Position numbers and translations under genes: made by a program. From positions 1 to 47,426 of the forward strand of contig CANNJG010000001.1 of the NCBI GenBank assembly GCA_947504795.1: a DNA stretch of 47,426 bases. The letters run 5' to 3'. The notes beneath the pieces were generated by a model, which did no database searches, was not told the DNA's origin, and saw only the letters and a program-made list of their open reading frames with translations. This DNA is from Legionellaceae bacterium (lineage in GTDB: Bacteria; Pseudomonadota; Gammaproteobacteria; Legionellales; Legionellaceae). Below, piece by piece: positions 28,501 through 36,428 of the stretch (its first letter is position 1; each line of letters opens with the position of its first letter).

Positions 28501-30933
28501 TATATGGGATCGGAGCGTGCCAATATGACTATAAAAATCTGAAAACCGATTATGGTATGGGAGTTCTTTGTCTAAAGATTTATGATTAGCCAGCTCGCTG
28601 AATTGCTCTATAATATTTTCTGGAATGAGCGGAATAGGTATCTCTTTTAAAACAAACCTTGTGCCGTCATTACCCCAGGTATGGTAAGTCTTATCATAAT
28701 TTTTGAATAAAATAAAACGATGTTTAGGGAGTGTTTTTTGGTAAGCGTCACTTTTAATATCGGTATGTTTAGAAGTAACACGTCGCAATATCATGTCAAA
28801 TCCTTCAAAAACATTATAGGGAAATAGGGTTAGTTCCGCTCGTTCATCTATCCTTTTTATTAATGTGTCGCATTGTCGTTGACGTAATTTTTCTGTAGCC
28901 TTTGCTTTTATAAAATAATGCTTTAAACGGTGTTGTATGCTTGCCATTACGTCTTCATTTCTCAGTCGAGAAATAAGAGAGTGTTCGTTTGTTTCGAGTT
29001 TATCAATTTCTGGTGCGATTTTTCTAAGATAGGGGGCTAATACTCGGTATGCCGCAATGTTCTTAGGTTCTAGATCTGAGGTATTAAACAAAAGGCTTGT
29101 CTGTTGCTCTCCCCATGTTAGAGTCCTTAGGACTTGTTCACACTCATTTTTTAGTCCTGTAATAGCAAAACGTCGGTATTTCATGAAACACGTATCCTCT
29201 AATTTTAATAACTCAGGATGAGTATTGAAATTAGCCAAATTTTGAATGTGATCGGTTAAGGATTCAAATTGTTTAGAGACCCATTGCATGCAGGGTTGAG
29301 ACAGTGAGCAAGGGTCTAGCATTAATTCAACTTCAATTTTATCAATGATGGCAAATAACTTAACAAATAATTGTTCTTTAGTGATTTTTAAGTAAGTGAA
29401 TAAGAGTGCCTGGTAAGCCGAATGCAACGGACCGACCTGCTGGAAATTGCTATTTAAAAGAACCCATACTTGGCGTATTAAACGTATATAATGGATGATT
29501 TGCAGCGCACTCAATTGAGTGGTTTGATGCTTTTTTAAAGTTTCTAATAATTTATTTGCTTCATTTTGTAGGGCTTGGAGTTCTTTTTGCTCAATATTAG
29601 GGGTGTATTGGTGAATAGTGTCGGTTTGTTGATTCATCCATGTGGTCAATTGGTCCAGATGCCTAGGCATGTCAGCGGCTAGCTGGCTTAACGCCTCAAA
29701 ATCCATGTCTCCCTTTTTCGAGTGAATATGTCGTGTTGCAAACCCCATGAGATGACCCATGGAATATGACAATGAAATTTTATCATCGGATTGTTGGTCG
29801 GCATCGTGCTTCCATTCAGAATAATCCTCAAAGCGCTCGCGTAAAAAAGAAGCTTCAAGGATTAGATGAGCGAAGCGTTCGGTTAGGTCAATATCATAAT
29901 CAGTGAGCAGGAGAAGGAGACCTTGATGAGCAGCATCAGAAATCTTACCCCCATCTTGATACCAAATTTCGCTAGCAGCACTAATTATCTGTTTGACATT
30001 GCCATTCAACTGCCCCACCATAGTAAGCGTTTCTTTTGAAAAATGGATTCCCAACAGTATTTTTCGCATTTGGCTGACTTGGTTTGGCAACTTATCGTAA
30101 TGAATATGGGCTTTTTTCTGCAGAATATCGAGATAGAGAGGTGTAAGCGCTGCACAATAGTCTAACTTGGTTGTGCCAGCAGGCCATCGGTGAGCGAGAG
30201 GCTCTATAATTTGGAAGTCCAATTGGGTGACATGCCATTCTTTATCGTATCCATATAGCTTGTATTCTTTTCTATTTTTATTATGAATGAGTGTTGGAAT
30301 GAAATCTGGATTCTTTAGAGTATTACAATCAGTCTCCTGATTTGATTCAGTCAAAAAGTTTATTTCTGAAAATTCAATCAAAGGAAGCGGTGGATCCTGG
30401 CGATTGATGGGTTGATTGAAGTATTGGCGCAACAGATGGCTATTAAACGGAGGAACATTGACGGTAAGTGACTTAATTTTAAACTCTGGCAATCCAATAC
30501 TAATCGGTTCAATGCTGTTAACGATAGCCTCGAGGTTTTCGTCGATGGCACAGTTTATGCCGTCACGGACCTCAGGGAAATATGATTGAATTGTGTCTAA
30601 ATTTGCTGCCTGTGGATCTTTGAAGGTGCAGCGTTGGATAATAGGTTTAGCGTTTTGAAAATGGACATGGTAAATGGTTTTATCGTGGAGGAGGTAGGCA
30701 GATTGACTATTCAAACGCACTGAAAGTTCGGCTGGATTGGTCTCAGCTAATTCTAAAGGGTCATCTTCAAGACGGGTCCTTGTGGTTGTTCCTTGCAGCA
30801 AGCTTGTTATATCTAGGCGAAGTGTATCCAGTGTGGGGGAAAGGTCTGTCGCTAGTTGCAATGCACTCGGCAGGTTGACCATGGTCTTCACCCATGAGAG
30901 GGATTGAATCCGTTCTTGAAAAAATTCAAACAT
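25531..30933 (-). CDS. Giant hypothetical protein, 1800 aa, with a C-terminal TM segment
   Basis: A single uninterrupted 5.4-kb ORF, visibly more AT-rich than neighbouring housekeeping genes. It has no signal peptide. One hydrophobic segment (YFQWLIACVCALLSAVGLYPAP, aa about 1731-1752) lies near the C-terminus. I recognise no catalytic motif. Confidence 0.75.
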   Translation of the reverse strand: MFEFFQERIQSLSWVKTMVNLPSALQLATDLSPTLDTLRLDITSLLQGTTTRTRLEDDPLELAETNPAELSVRLNSQSAYLLHDKTIYHVHFQNAKPIIQRCTFKDPQAANLDTIQSYFPEVRDGINCAIDENLEAIVNSIEPISIGLPEFKIKSLTVNVPPFNSHLLRQYFNQPINRQDPPLPLIEFSEINFLTESNQETDCNTLKNPDFIPTLIHNKNRKEYKLYGYDKEWHVTQLDFQIIEPLAHRWPAGTTKLDYCAALTPLYLDILQKKAHIHYDKLPNQVSQMRKILLGIHFSKETLTMVGQLNGNVKQIISAASEIWYQDGGKISDAAHQGLLLLLTDYDIDLTERFAHLILEASFLRERFEDYSEWKHDADQQSDDKISLSYSMGHLMGFATRHIHSKKGDMDFEALSQLAADMPRHLDQLTTWMNQQTDTIHQYTPNIEQKELQALQNEANKLLETLKKHQTTQLSALQIIHYIRLIRQVWVLLNSNFQQVGPLHSAYQALLFTYLKITKEQLFVKLFAIIDKIEVELMLDPCSLSQPCMQWVSKQFESLTDHIQNLANFNTHPELLKLEDTCFMKYRRFAITGLKNECEQVLRTLTWGEQQTSLLFNTSDLEPKNIAAYRVLAPYLRKIAPEIDKLETNEHSLISRLRNEDVMASIQHRLKHYFIKAKATEKLRQRQCDTLIKRIDERAELTLFPYNVFEGFDMILRRVTSKHTDIKSDAYQKTLPKHRFILFKNYDKTYHTWGNDGTRFVLKEIPIPLIPENIIEQFSELANHKSLDKELPYHNRFSDFYSHIGTLRSHIKFASPLHCSETSVFQDSPPLSELMMVPIDWANTQLLSQPVKLTNTEFFPKKRRVEVSELNSHDQHNLLISDPATLGLEETWAIYHLYQNKIEEFNHAKQAYDELLQLIEKHFRNGIDALTINTKCLQKKCRRLYQYIQPYLSELPNFIKLDQYFIHAFSFFDETVGSKILINDKFYDNLKHFNFDQSKRVKYWRNRSDVWLQNAEDTYNKGPANTKATADNQREQFILQSQHLSTYIDYIRTQLFKTISIFNQHVQTFLKPNPQGVPFSRIPTQAEASPSIRFYMRLVNTFYHLEQLAIGLESLERVEKKTITNSQILNTQYTENIVPLLKLGSALYSEPDMFGLLQKVYDDGLSLVPKCATLIRPYTTDVNTILPLEKIARYPHIWNVMNAVYLLPGTIQSLTQGKTWDRERTIHLMRISSEITDFSRPRQERLTLIQHGREYHLFSKSQFGYWQRSRLKDDIIPLLENIDFTQETLTYDPKHEPLYLNLVQKGYHVTPLDKTQRQAKQATLLVDYLIDNSESYWNLIFSGWSIYRLKIELEEKLSNIIKIGHNAVVDNLEAINHVHFGEWIKYLDRLEHSLGTPPGAFTNPAKESFDLWFQGLVFPLDMTFNKKEDLVCSSVTTQHRKAAEEAFRSDHANEKKHIERYLNITQEFTKRYQKYPAQTNPIGMNPSLLNMYNEELRPLFNDGQNIFLESYNADAILNKLTALEENLKSSLAKTELSIENSNVKIQYLDKELEGKNEFQKNYRRSFAAHYFNEQVERYCRPPKSLSDKSIASEYATMLKAYFSKQLETLLTESQDIINVEAVDTLIKTKLDAAHEEFVRIYKPYYKQLDTALSMIEAFKTYLNTDKTLDQASRDQKKRLLKEIKKATIKQPDTTPQDLECHLIARLRAIQKLTLTHKKELLDHPNNQSTTYFQWLIACVCALLSAVGLYPAPKQQQHYSALAKTSNLPTPVDGYLNCFNFFRHTSKKKEKENNDSLVFQI

Positions 30934-30966
30934 CCAATTTTATCCCTAGACAATTTAAGATTAACC

Positions 30967-30995
30967 ATTATAAACCAATTGGTGCGCATAATAAA
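30967..30995 (-). promoter_or_regulatory. Candidate promoter of the 1800-aa ORF
   Basis: The minus strand has a perfect TATAAT (30972-30967) 33 nt upstream of the ATG. A weak -35 element, TTTATT, lies 17 nt further upstream. This is a pattern match only. Confidence 0.2.
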
Positions 30996-31200
30996 GTCAA
31001 AAAAAAGAACACTATTGAGCTTATAAAAAAAATCTAACGCTTTTAATGATCCTAAAATTTACATGTTTTTTATGATCGAAAATTAGGCAGGCCTCGGCAA
31101 CCAGACGGTGTTTTTAACAAAGCGCAACAACCGGCTTTCTATCCAATTTTGTAAATGTTAGTCTATGCTATTTGATGAATAGAATTGGATGATCTTTAAG

Positions 31201-31986
31201 ATGAAAATTTTAGTTTTTGACATCGAAACGGTACCTGACGTCGTTACCGGACGAAAACTTTATCAGTTGGATGAGCTTTCGGATAACGACACTGCAAAAG
31301 CCCTATTTGCGTTACGGCGAGCAAAAGTAGGAACCGATTTCTTACCTCATTATTTGCAAAAAATAGTTGCCATTTCTCTCGTCATCAGCGCGCCATCCCA
31401 ACTGAAGGTATGGTCTTTGGGTGATGAAACATCAGATGAACCTGAACTTATCAAACGGTTTTTTAACGGAATAGACAAGCACTTACCCACTTTAGTGAGT
31501 TGGAATGGCTGTGGATTTGATTTGCCTGTCTTGCATTATCGTTCCTTACTTCATAAAGTCCCTGCGCCAAGCTATTGGGAAGTCGGTGAACAGACGCAGT
31601 CATTTCGATGGAACAACTATCTTAACCGGTTCCATTATCGACATTTAGATTTAATGGATGTCTTAGCGGGATATCAAAATAAAGCATTTGCGCCTTTGGA
31701 TGATATATCGTCACTGTTAGGGTTCCCGGGTAAAATGGGCATGAGCGGCGATAAAGTTTGGCAAACCTATCAAGATGGAAACCTATCAAGTATCCGTCAT
31801 TATTGTGAAACCGATGTGTTAAACACCTATTGCGTTTACCTCCGCTTTGAATTGATAAGAGGCATCTTAACCCAAGACGATTATAACCAGGCCATTCGTC
31901 GCTTACAACAGTATTTGCAAGAGGAAAAAGACAAACCGCATCTCCTCGCATTTCTTGAAAAAATGGATCCAATCTTCGAAGTTTGA
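31201..31986 (+). CDS. Stand-alone 3'-5' exonuclease related to the PolB exonuclease domain (COG3298 / DNA_pol_B_exo2-like)
   Basis: MKILVFDIETVPD is the ExoI DxE motif, followed by LVSWNGCGFDLPVL (ExoII) and HYCETDVLNTYCVYLRF (ExoIII YxxxD). I prefer ATG 31201; the ORF-track start 31189 adds only MIFK. Confidence 0.8.
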   Translation: MKILVFDIETVPDVVTGRKLYQLDELSDNDTAKALFALRRAKVGTDFLPHYLQKIVAISLVISAPSQLKVWSLGDETSDEPELIKRFFNGIDKHLPTLVSWNGCGFDLPVLHYRSLLHKVPAPSYWEVGEQTQSFRWNNYLNRFHYRHLDLMDVLAGYQNKAFAPLDDISSLLGFPGKMGMSGDKVWQTYQDGNLSSIRHYCETDVLNTYCVYLRFELIRGILTQDDYNQAIRRLQQYLQEEKDKPHLLAFLEKMDPIFEV

Positions 31987-32019
31987 ACAGTCGATCCGAG
32001 CCTTAGCAGCAAAACCTTA

Positions 32020-33057
32020 TCAAAACGCTAGTTTTAATTTTTCCCAGTATTTATTAAAGAGTTGTATGGTTTCCTCATTGACATCGCGTTGATAATTCCC
32101 TCTCGCCATGATGTCTTTTGGAGGGAAAATAGTAGGATTATCTCGGATTGATTTAGGTAGAATACGCCAACTTGCTTGGTTCGCAATCGCATATCCATAC
32201 TCAAGGACAATCTGTGCCCCTGAACTAGGACGGAGTAAATAATCAATGAATTGGTAAGCTTCGTTAAGATGGGGCGCTGACTTGGGGATAGCGAGACAAT
32301 CTACCCATATCACGAATCCATCTGCAGGATAGACAAAGCGAACAGCTTCATTTTCATCTTGCGCTCTGACTATTGCACCATTCCACACAGAGCCCACATG
32401 AGCGTCTTCGTCAATGATTAATGACTGAATGGCATCATTCGCAAATAATTTTATGTTAGGGACTAAGTCTAATAAATGTTCATAAGCGGCTTTGATATGC
32501 TCAGGGTTAGCGTCATTTATGTCGTAACCAAGACTCATTAACCCAATTGAAAAGACATCTCGCGTATCATTTATTAACATTAATTGATTGACCCAGCGCT
32601 TATCCCATAAGTCGTGCCATGCGCTAGGTGGATTTTTGATCCAATGCTTGTTGTAGAATAGTCCTGTCGTACCCCAGACAAGTGGAATGTGATAGTCATT
32701 ATGCGGATCGAACGGATTATCTGTAAATTGGAGATCAATGTTATGTGTATTTTTTAATCTTGTTGGGTCTATTTTAGTAATAAGACCATATTTTTTTAGT
32801 CGTTCTACATAATAAGAAGAGGGTAAAATAATGTCGTAAATATTTTTTTTGTTTGCGCGTAATTTGGCATACATGGTTTCATTACTGTCATAAGTTGATA
32901 CATTAACCTGAATACCCGTTTCTTTTTGAAAATCCCATATCAGTTTAGGCGGTATTTCTCCGCCGACGAGATAAATATTCAGAATAGGTTTTGCGAGACC
33001 CATACAGGCGCACATGAGCATACTAATAAAAAGAATGCAACGAGTCATCAGCATCAT
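32020..33057 (-). CDS. potD: Spermidine/putrescine ABC transporter, periplasmic binding protein
   Basis: 345 aa with a signal peptide and PotD/PotF-like motifs (LNIYLVGGEIPP, DIILPSSYYV, PLVWGTTGL). It is the last gene of the potABCD order. Confidence 0.85.
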   Translation of the reverse strand: MMLMTRCILFISMLMCACMGLAKPILNIYLVGGEIPPKLIWDFQKETGIQVNVSTYDSNETMYAKLRANKKNIYDIILPSSYYVERLKKYGLITKIDPTRLKNTHNIDLQFTDNPFDPHNDYHIPLVWGTTGLFYNKHWIKNPPSAWHDLWDKRWVNQLMLINDTRDVFSIGLMSLGYDINDANPEHIKAAYEHLLDLVPNIKLFANDAIQSLIIDEDAHVGSVWNGAIVRAQDENEAVRFVYPADGFVIWVDCLAIPKSAPHLNEAYQFIDYLLRPSSGAQIVLEYGYAIANQASWRILPKSIRDNPTIFPPKDIMARGNYQRDVNEETIQLFNKYWEKLKLAF

Positions 33058-33827
33058 GAAAGAGACTTCCGGGTAAGGCGCATAGAAATGAATACGAATA
33101 GTAATGAAATCAGTAACGTAATCGTTCCTAAGGCATTGAGCTCAGGCGTGACACCGGTGCGGATCATTGAATAAATAGCAAGCGGTAAGATAGTAAACTC
33201 AGGTCCTGAAACAAAATAACTGATGACGACATCGTCAAATGATAAAGTAAACGATAGTAATAAGGCGCTGAGAACGCTTGGAAACAATAAAGGCAACAGG
33301 ACCTTGTTGAGCGCGCGCATATGACTGGCGCCTAAATCTAGGGCGCTGTAGTAAATATTGATATCGAGAGTTTCAATACGACTCATGATGGTAAGCAGCG
33401 TGTAAGGTAAGCAAAAAGTAATATGCGAGATAAGTAAGCTAAAGAATCCCAGTGGGGTATGTGTGTAATTATAAAAAATCAATAAGGACACGCCTAATAT
33501 AAGATCTGGAATAACAATAAGTAGGATCAACATCGCCATAAATGATTTATGTTTTTTTCTTTTTTGCGATAAAAACAAGCGCACCGAAGCAAGTAAACCG
33601 ATCACGGTGGCTATTACAGACGCGGTAATGCCTAAGATAACCGAATTCAAAAATGCGGACCATATATTGGCATCTTGAGCTAAAATTTTATACCAAATGT
33701 TTGAGCCGCTTTGCCATAATAGCGAGTAACGGGCCGTGTTAAAAGAATAGAGAATCAAGACGATGATGGGAATATATAAAAAGCTATAAATGAATAACAA
33801 ATAGCTTTTTTGTAACAAGGATTTCAT
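33054..33827 (-). CDS. potC: Spermidine/putrescine ABC transporter permease
   Basis: 257 aa with 6 TM spans and the EAA-type loop YSALDLGASHMRALNKVLLPLL. It has 4-nt overlaps with both potB and potD. Confidence 0.85.
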   Translation of the reverse strand: MKSLLQKSYLLFIYSFLYIPIIVLILYSFNTARYSLLWQSGSNIWYKILAQDANIWSAFLNSVILGITASVIATVIGLLASVRLFLSQKRKKHKSFMAMLILLIVIPDLILGVSLLIFYNYTHTPLGFFSLLISHITFCLPYTLLTIMSRIETLDINIYYSALDLGASHMRALNKVLLPLLFPSVLSALLLSFTLSFDDVVISYFVSGPEFTILPLAIYSMIRTGVTPELNALGTITLLISLLFVFISMRLTRKSLS

Positions 33828-34645
33828 GATACCACGCCTTGATTTGGTCTGTGAAAACAGAGTACAAGAGTGAAAATAATCGTAATCAACATGCTGGTTG
33901 CGGCGCCTTGAGGCCAGTTTTCAGCGCCTAAAAACTGTTGTTGAATCAAATTGCCCAATAAAACAGAACGCGCGCCGCCTAAGATATCTGGAATATAAAA
34001 TAATGTCATCGAAGGCAAAAATACCATTAAAGAACCCACGACGATACCTGAAAACGTATTAGGTAAAAATACTTTAAAAAAAACGATTAATCGTGAAGCC
34101 CCAAGATCTTGAGCGGCCTCTAGTAAACAAAAATCGAAACGCTCCATGTTTGAGAAGATCGGAAGGACCATAAACGGTAAAAGATTGTATACCATGCCGC
34201 AGATCACTGCAAAGTTTGAGTATAAGAATGCGATAGGATGCGAAATGATATGTAATTTTATTAAGAGCGTGTTAAGAATACCATGAATTTTAAGGATGGC
34301 AATTAACGAGTAGATGCGAATCAGAGAGCTTGTCCAGAAGGGTATGATGATTAAAAACAGCCATAAGGTTTGATGTTTCGATTTCACAATAATATAGCTG
34401 AGCGGATAGGCTAGCAGTAAACATAACAACGTGGTTGTAGAAGCCATGAGCGTTGATCGCCAAAGAATTTTAGAAAACGACGGGGTCATCAGTTCCGTAT
34501 AATTATGGAAAGTCCAGGGTAAGGTTGCCATATGGGCTTGATCATTCGTAAGGAACGATAAAAGAAAAATACAGCCTAACGGGACAAAGCCGAAGAGGAA
34601 TAGCCATCCAAATATAAAAAAAATAGAATAGGGTTTAGTGTTCAT
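33824..34645 (-). CDS. potB: Spermidine/putrescine ABC transporter permease
   Basis: The stretch PFWTSSLIRIY...LLEAAQDLGASRLIVFFKVFLP matches E. coli PotB. I prefer the start at Met20 of the track ORF (ATG 34645-34643), which gives 273 aa like E. coli PotB. The 34702 start would overlap potA by 68 nt. Confidence 0.8.
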   Translation of the reverse strand: MNTKPYSIFFIFGWLFLFGFVPLGCIFLLSFLTNDQAHMATLPWTFHNYTELMTPSFSKILWRSTLMASTTTLLCLLLAYPLSYIIVKSKHQTLWLFLIIIPFWTSSLIRIYSLIAILKIHGILNTLLIKLHIISHPIAFLYSNFAVICGMVYNLLPFMVLPIFSNMERFDFCLLEAAQDLGASRLIVFFKVFLPNTFSGIVVGSLMVFLPSMTLFYIPDILGGARSVLLGNLIQQQFLGAENWPQGAATSMLITIIFTLVLCFHRPNQGVVS

Positions 34646-35735
34646 AAGGTAATAGCACTTCCCAGCCGGGTAACCATTGAACCCATACGGGCTCTTGTTC
34701 AAGATATTCTAACTTATCATCGTCTTCATTAAAAAACTCGATGGCTGAGATCGTTTGTCCTGTTGTTAATAGGACTTTTAGCGCTACGGTTGAGCCTTTA
34801 TAAACAATATCGATGATTTTACCTGGGAGCATGCCTTTGGTATTTTGCACTTCATGTTCAGAATGCACACGAATATCTTCAGGTCGTATCATAAGATGCA
34901 TCGAGGCCCCACGGAGAACACCCGGAACGATCGCGCATTGGATGGTTGCTTTGCCTATTTTTACCGAGGCATGACGTTTAGTGACGGTATGGATGGTGAC
35001 ATCAAAGCGGTTGGCTTCGCCAATAAATTGCGCAACATAGAGATTGCAAGGTGTTTCATATACTTCACGAGGTGAGCCTATTTGTTCGATTTCGCCTTGA
35101 TTCATGACGACAATACGATCCGACATCGATAGAGCTTCTTCTTGATCATGGGTAACGAACACAAACGTCATATTCAATGTTTTTTGTAGTTGTTTGAGTT
35201 CGTATTGCATAGATTTTCGAAGGTTATAGTCTAACGAACTCAAAGGTTCATCAAGCAAGAGGACTTTTGGGCAATTGATAATCGCACGAGCAATGGCGAC
35301 CCGTTGTTGTTGTCCGCCACTTAGTTTCGTAATTTTACGCGTACCATAGGATTCTAATTGAACCATCGCTAGGGCATCTTTGACACGCTCACGAATATTT
35401 GTTTCGGACAAATGTTGACAGCGCAAGGAAAAGGCCACATTTTCAAATACAGATAAATGCGGAAAGAGGGCATAGCTTTGAAAAACCGTATGAACATTAC
35501 GTTCTTGAGGCGGTAATGTATTCACACACACGCCGTTAAAAAAGATCTCGCCATGGGTTGGTTGTTCAAATCCGGAAAGCAGACGCAATAGCGTTGTTTT
35601 ACCGCATCCTGATGGGCCTAAAAGCGTTAAAAACTCACCGGTAAACACATCCAGGTTAATTTGCTTTAGGATTTTTGAGCGGCCATACGACTTATGAAGG
35701 TGTTTAATTTGAATTAAAGGGGACCGGAGCGTCAT
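34635..35735 (-). CDS. potA: Spermidine/putrescine ABC transporter ATPase
   Basis: Walker A GPSGCGKTT, ABC signature LSGGQQQRVAIARA, Walker B LLLDEPLS, and a C-terminal TOBE-like regulatory domain. Confidence 0.9.
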   Translation of the reverse strand: MTLRSPLIQIKHLHKSYGRSKILKQINLDVFTGEFLTLLGPSGCGKTTLLRLLSGFEQPTHGEIFFNGVCVNTLPPQERNVHTVFQSYALFPHLSVFENVAFSLRCQHLSETNIRERVKDALAMVQLESYGTRKITKLSGGQQQRVAIARAIINCPKVLLLDEPLSSLDYNLRKSMQYELKQLQKTLNMTFVFVTHDQEEALSMSDRIVVMNQGEIEQIGSPREVYETPCNLYVAQFIGEANRFDVTIHTVTKRHASVKIGKATIQCAIVPGVLRGASMHLMIRPEDIRVHSEHEVQNTKGMLPGKIIDIVYKGSTVALKVLLTTGQTISAIEFFNEDDDKLEYLEQEPVWVQWLPGWEVLLPYEH

Positions 35736-35856
35736 AGTGTATTCAATGGCAAAAGGCTAAATTATGCGATCTATTCTTGGGATTGTCTATATATATCATC
35801 CGGGCTCGAGTCCGTCAGCGCACAAGGAGGGCCACCTTTTCGTCGCTTTCTGACAA

Positions 35857-36249
35857 TCATTCTATAAGTACATTTGTGCCATCGTTTGACTTATAGTTGC
35901 TTAGGTCCTTTGATACATTCGCTTTTGGCGTACTATCGGGTTCTAAAAACCCATGATTTGTGTCATAATGCCAATGACGCAATGAACTAATTTCAGAATA
36001 ACTCCCATCATTGCAAATTATTTGTTGTCTTCCCGTAATTTTTGCAACACCCCCATGCCACATGCAGATTCCTTCAAACTTTTGCATATCCATGACGGCA
36101 TGCCGCGTGCAATAAGAAGAGCTATAATCACCATTTTCGTTAACATTCAATCCCGAAGAGGAATCGCAATACCGAATGTCCTGCCCGTTTGCGCAGGCGT
36201 GTAGGATCGGAGAGACAAGAGACAAGATTAATAATAAGGTTTTCGGCAT
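35857..36249 (-). CDS. Small Cys-rich secreted protein or lipoprotein (hypothetical)
   Basis: The signal peptide MPKTLLLILSLVSPILHAC has an atypical lipobox (His at -2). Five more Cys residues follow in the mature part. The ORF-track start 36282 adds 11 residues. I recognise no family. Confidence 0.5.
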   Translation of the reverse strand: MPKTLLLILSLVSPILHACANGQDIRYCDSSSGLNVNENGDYSSSYCTRHAVMDMQKFEGICMWHGGVAKITGRQQIICNDGSYSEISSLRHWHYDTNHGFLEPDSTPKANVSKDLSNYKSNDGTNVLIE

Positions 36250-36428
36250 TTTTATAATCCATTTAGCTTTATTTAAAAGCATAGCACAGATTTTTAATTT
36301 TGACAGAAAGCTTCGGGCTCAGCGCATGTTTGGCACATAAAAGACGAGCAGGGATTTATTATCAAACAATGTCCAATTTACAACATCCCAAAGCTATTCC
36401 ACAGGATTTTGCGTAAGTCCTGATGATT

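Noticed and set aside
30955-30964. TTAAGATTAA upstream of the giant ORF as a possible PmrA-type (TTAAT tandem repeat) effector-regulatory site.
   Set aside because: The spacing between the TTAA cores (2 nt) does not match the described tandem-repeat geometry. The motif also lies downstream of the best -10 element, and such AT-rich words are expected by chance here.
34646-34702. Long N-terminal extension of potB (track start 34702) overlapping potA by 68 nt.
   Set aside because: The internal Met at 34645 gives a protein collinear with and the same length as E. coli PotB, and only an 11-nt overlap. The extension (MNKSPYGFNGYPAGKCYYL) has no counterpart.
35797-35808. Near-palindrome GGGCTCGAGTCC between the small lipoprotein gene and potA.
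   Set aside because: It is a 12-bp near-palindrome with no loop and no T-run. It is too short to support either a terminator or an operator call.
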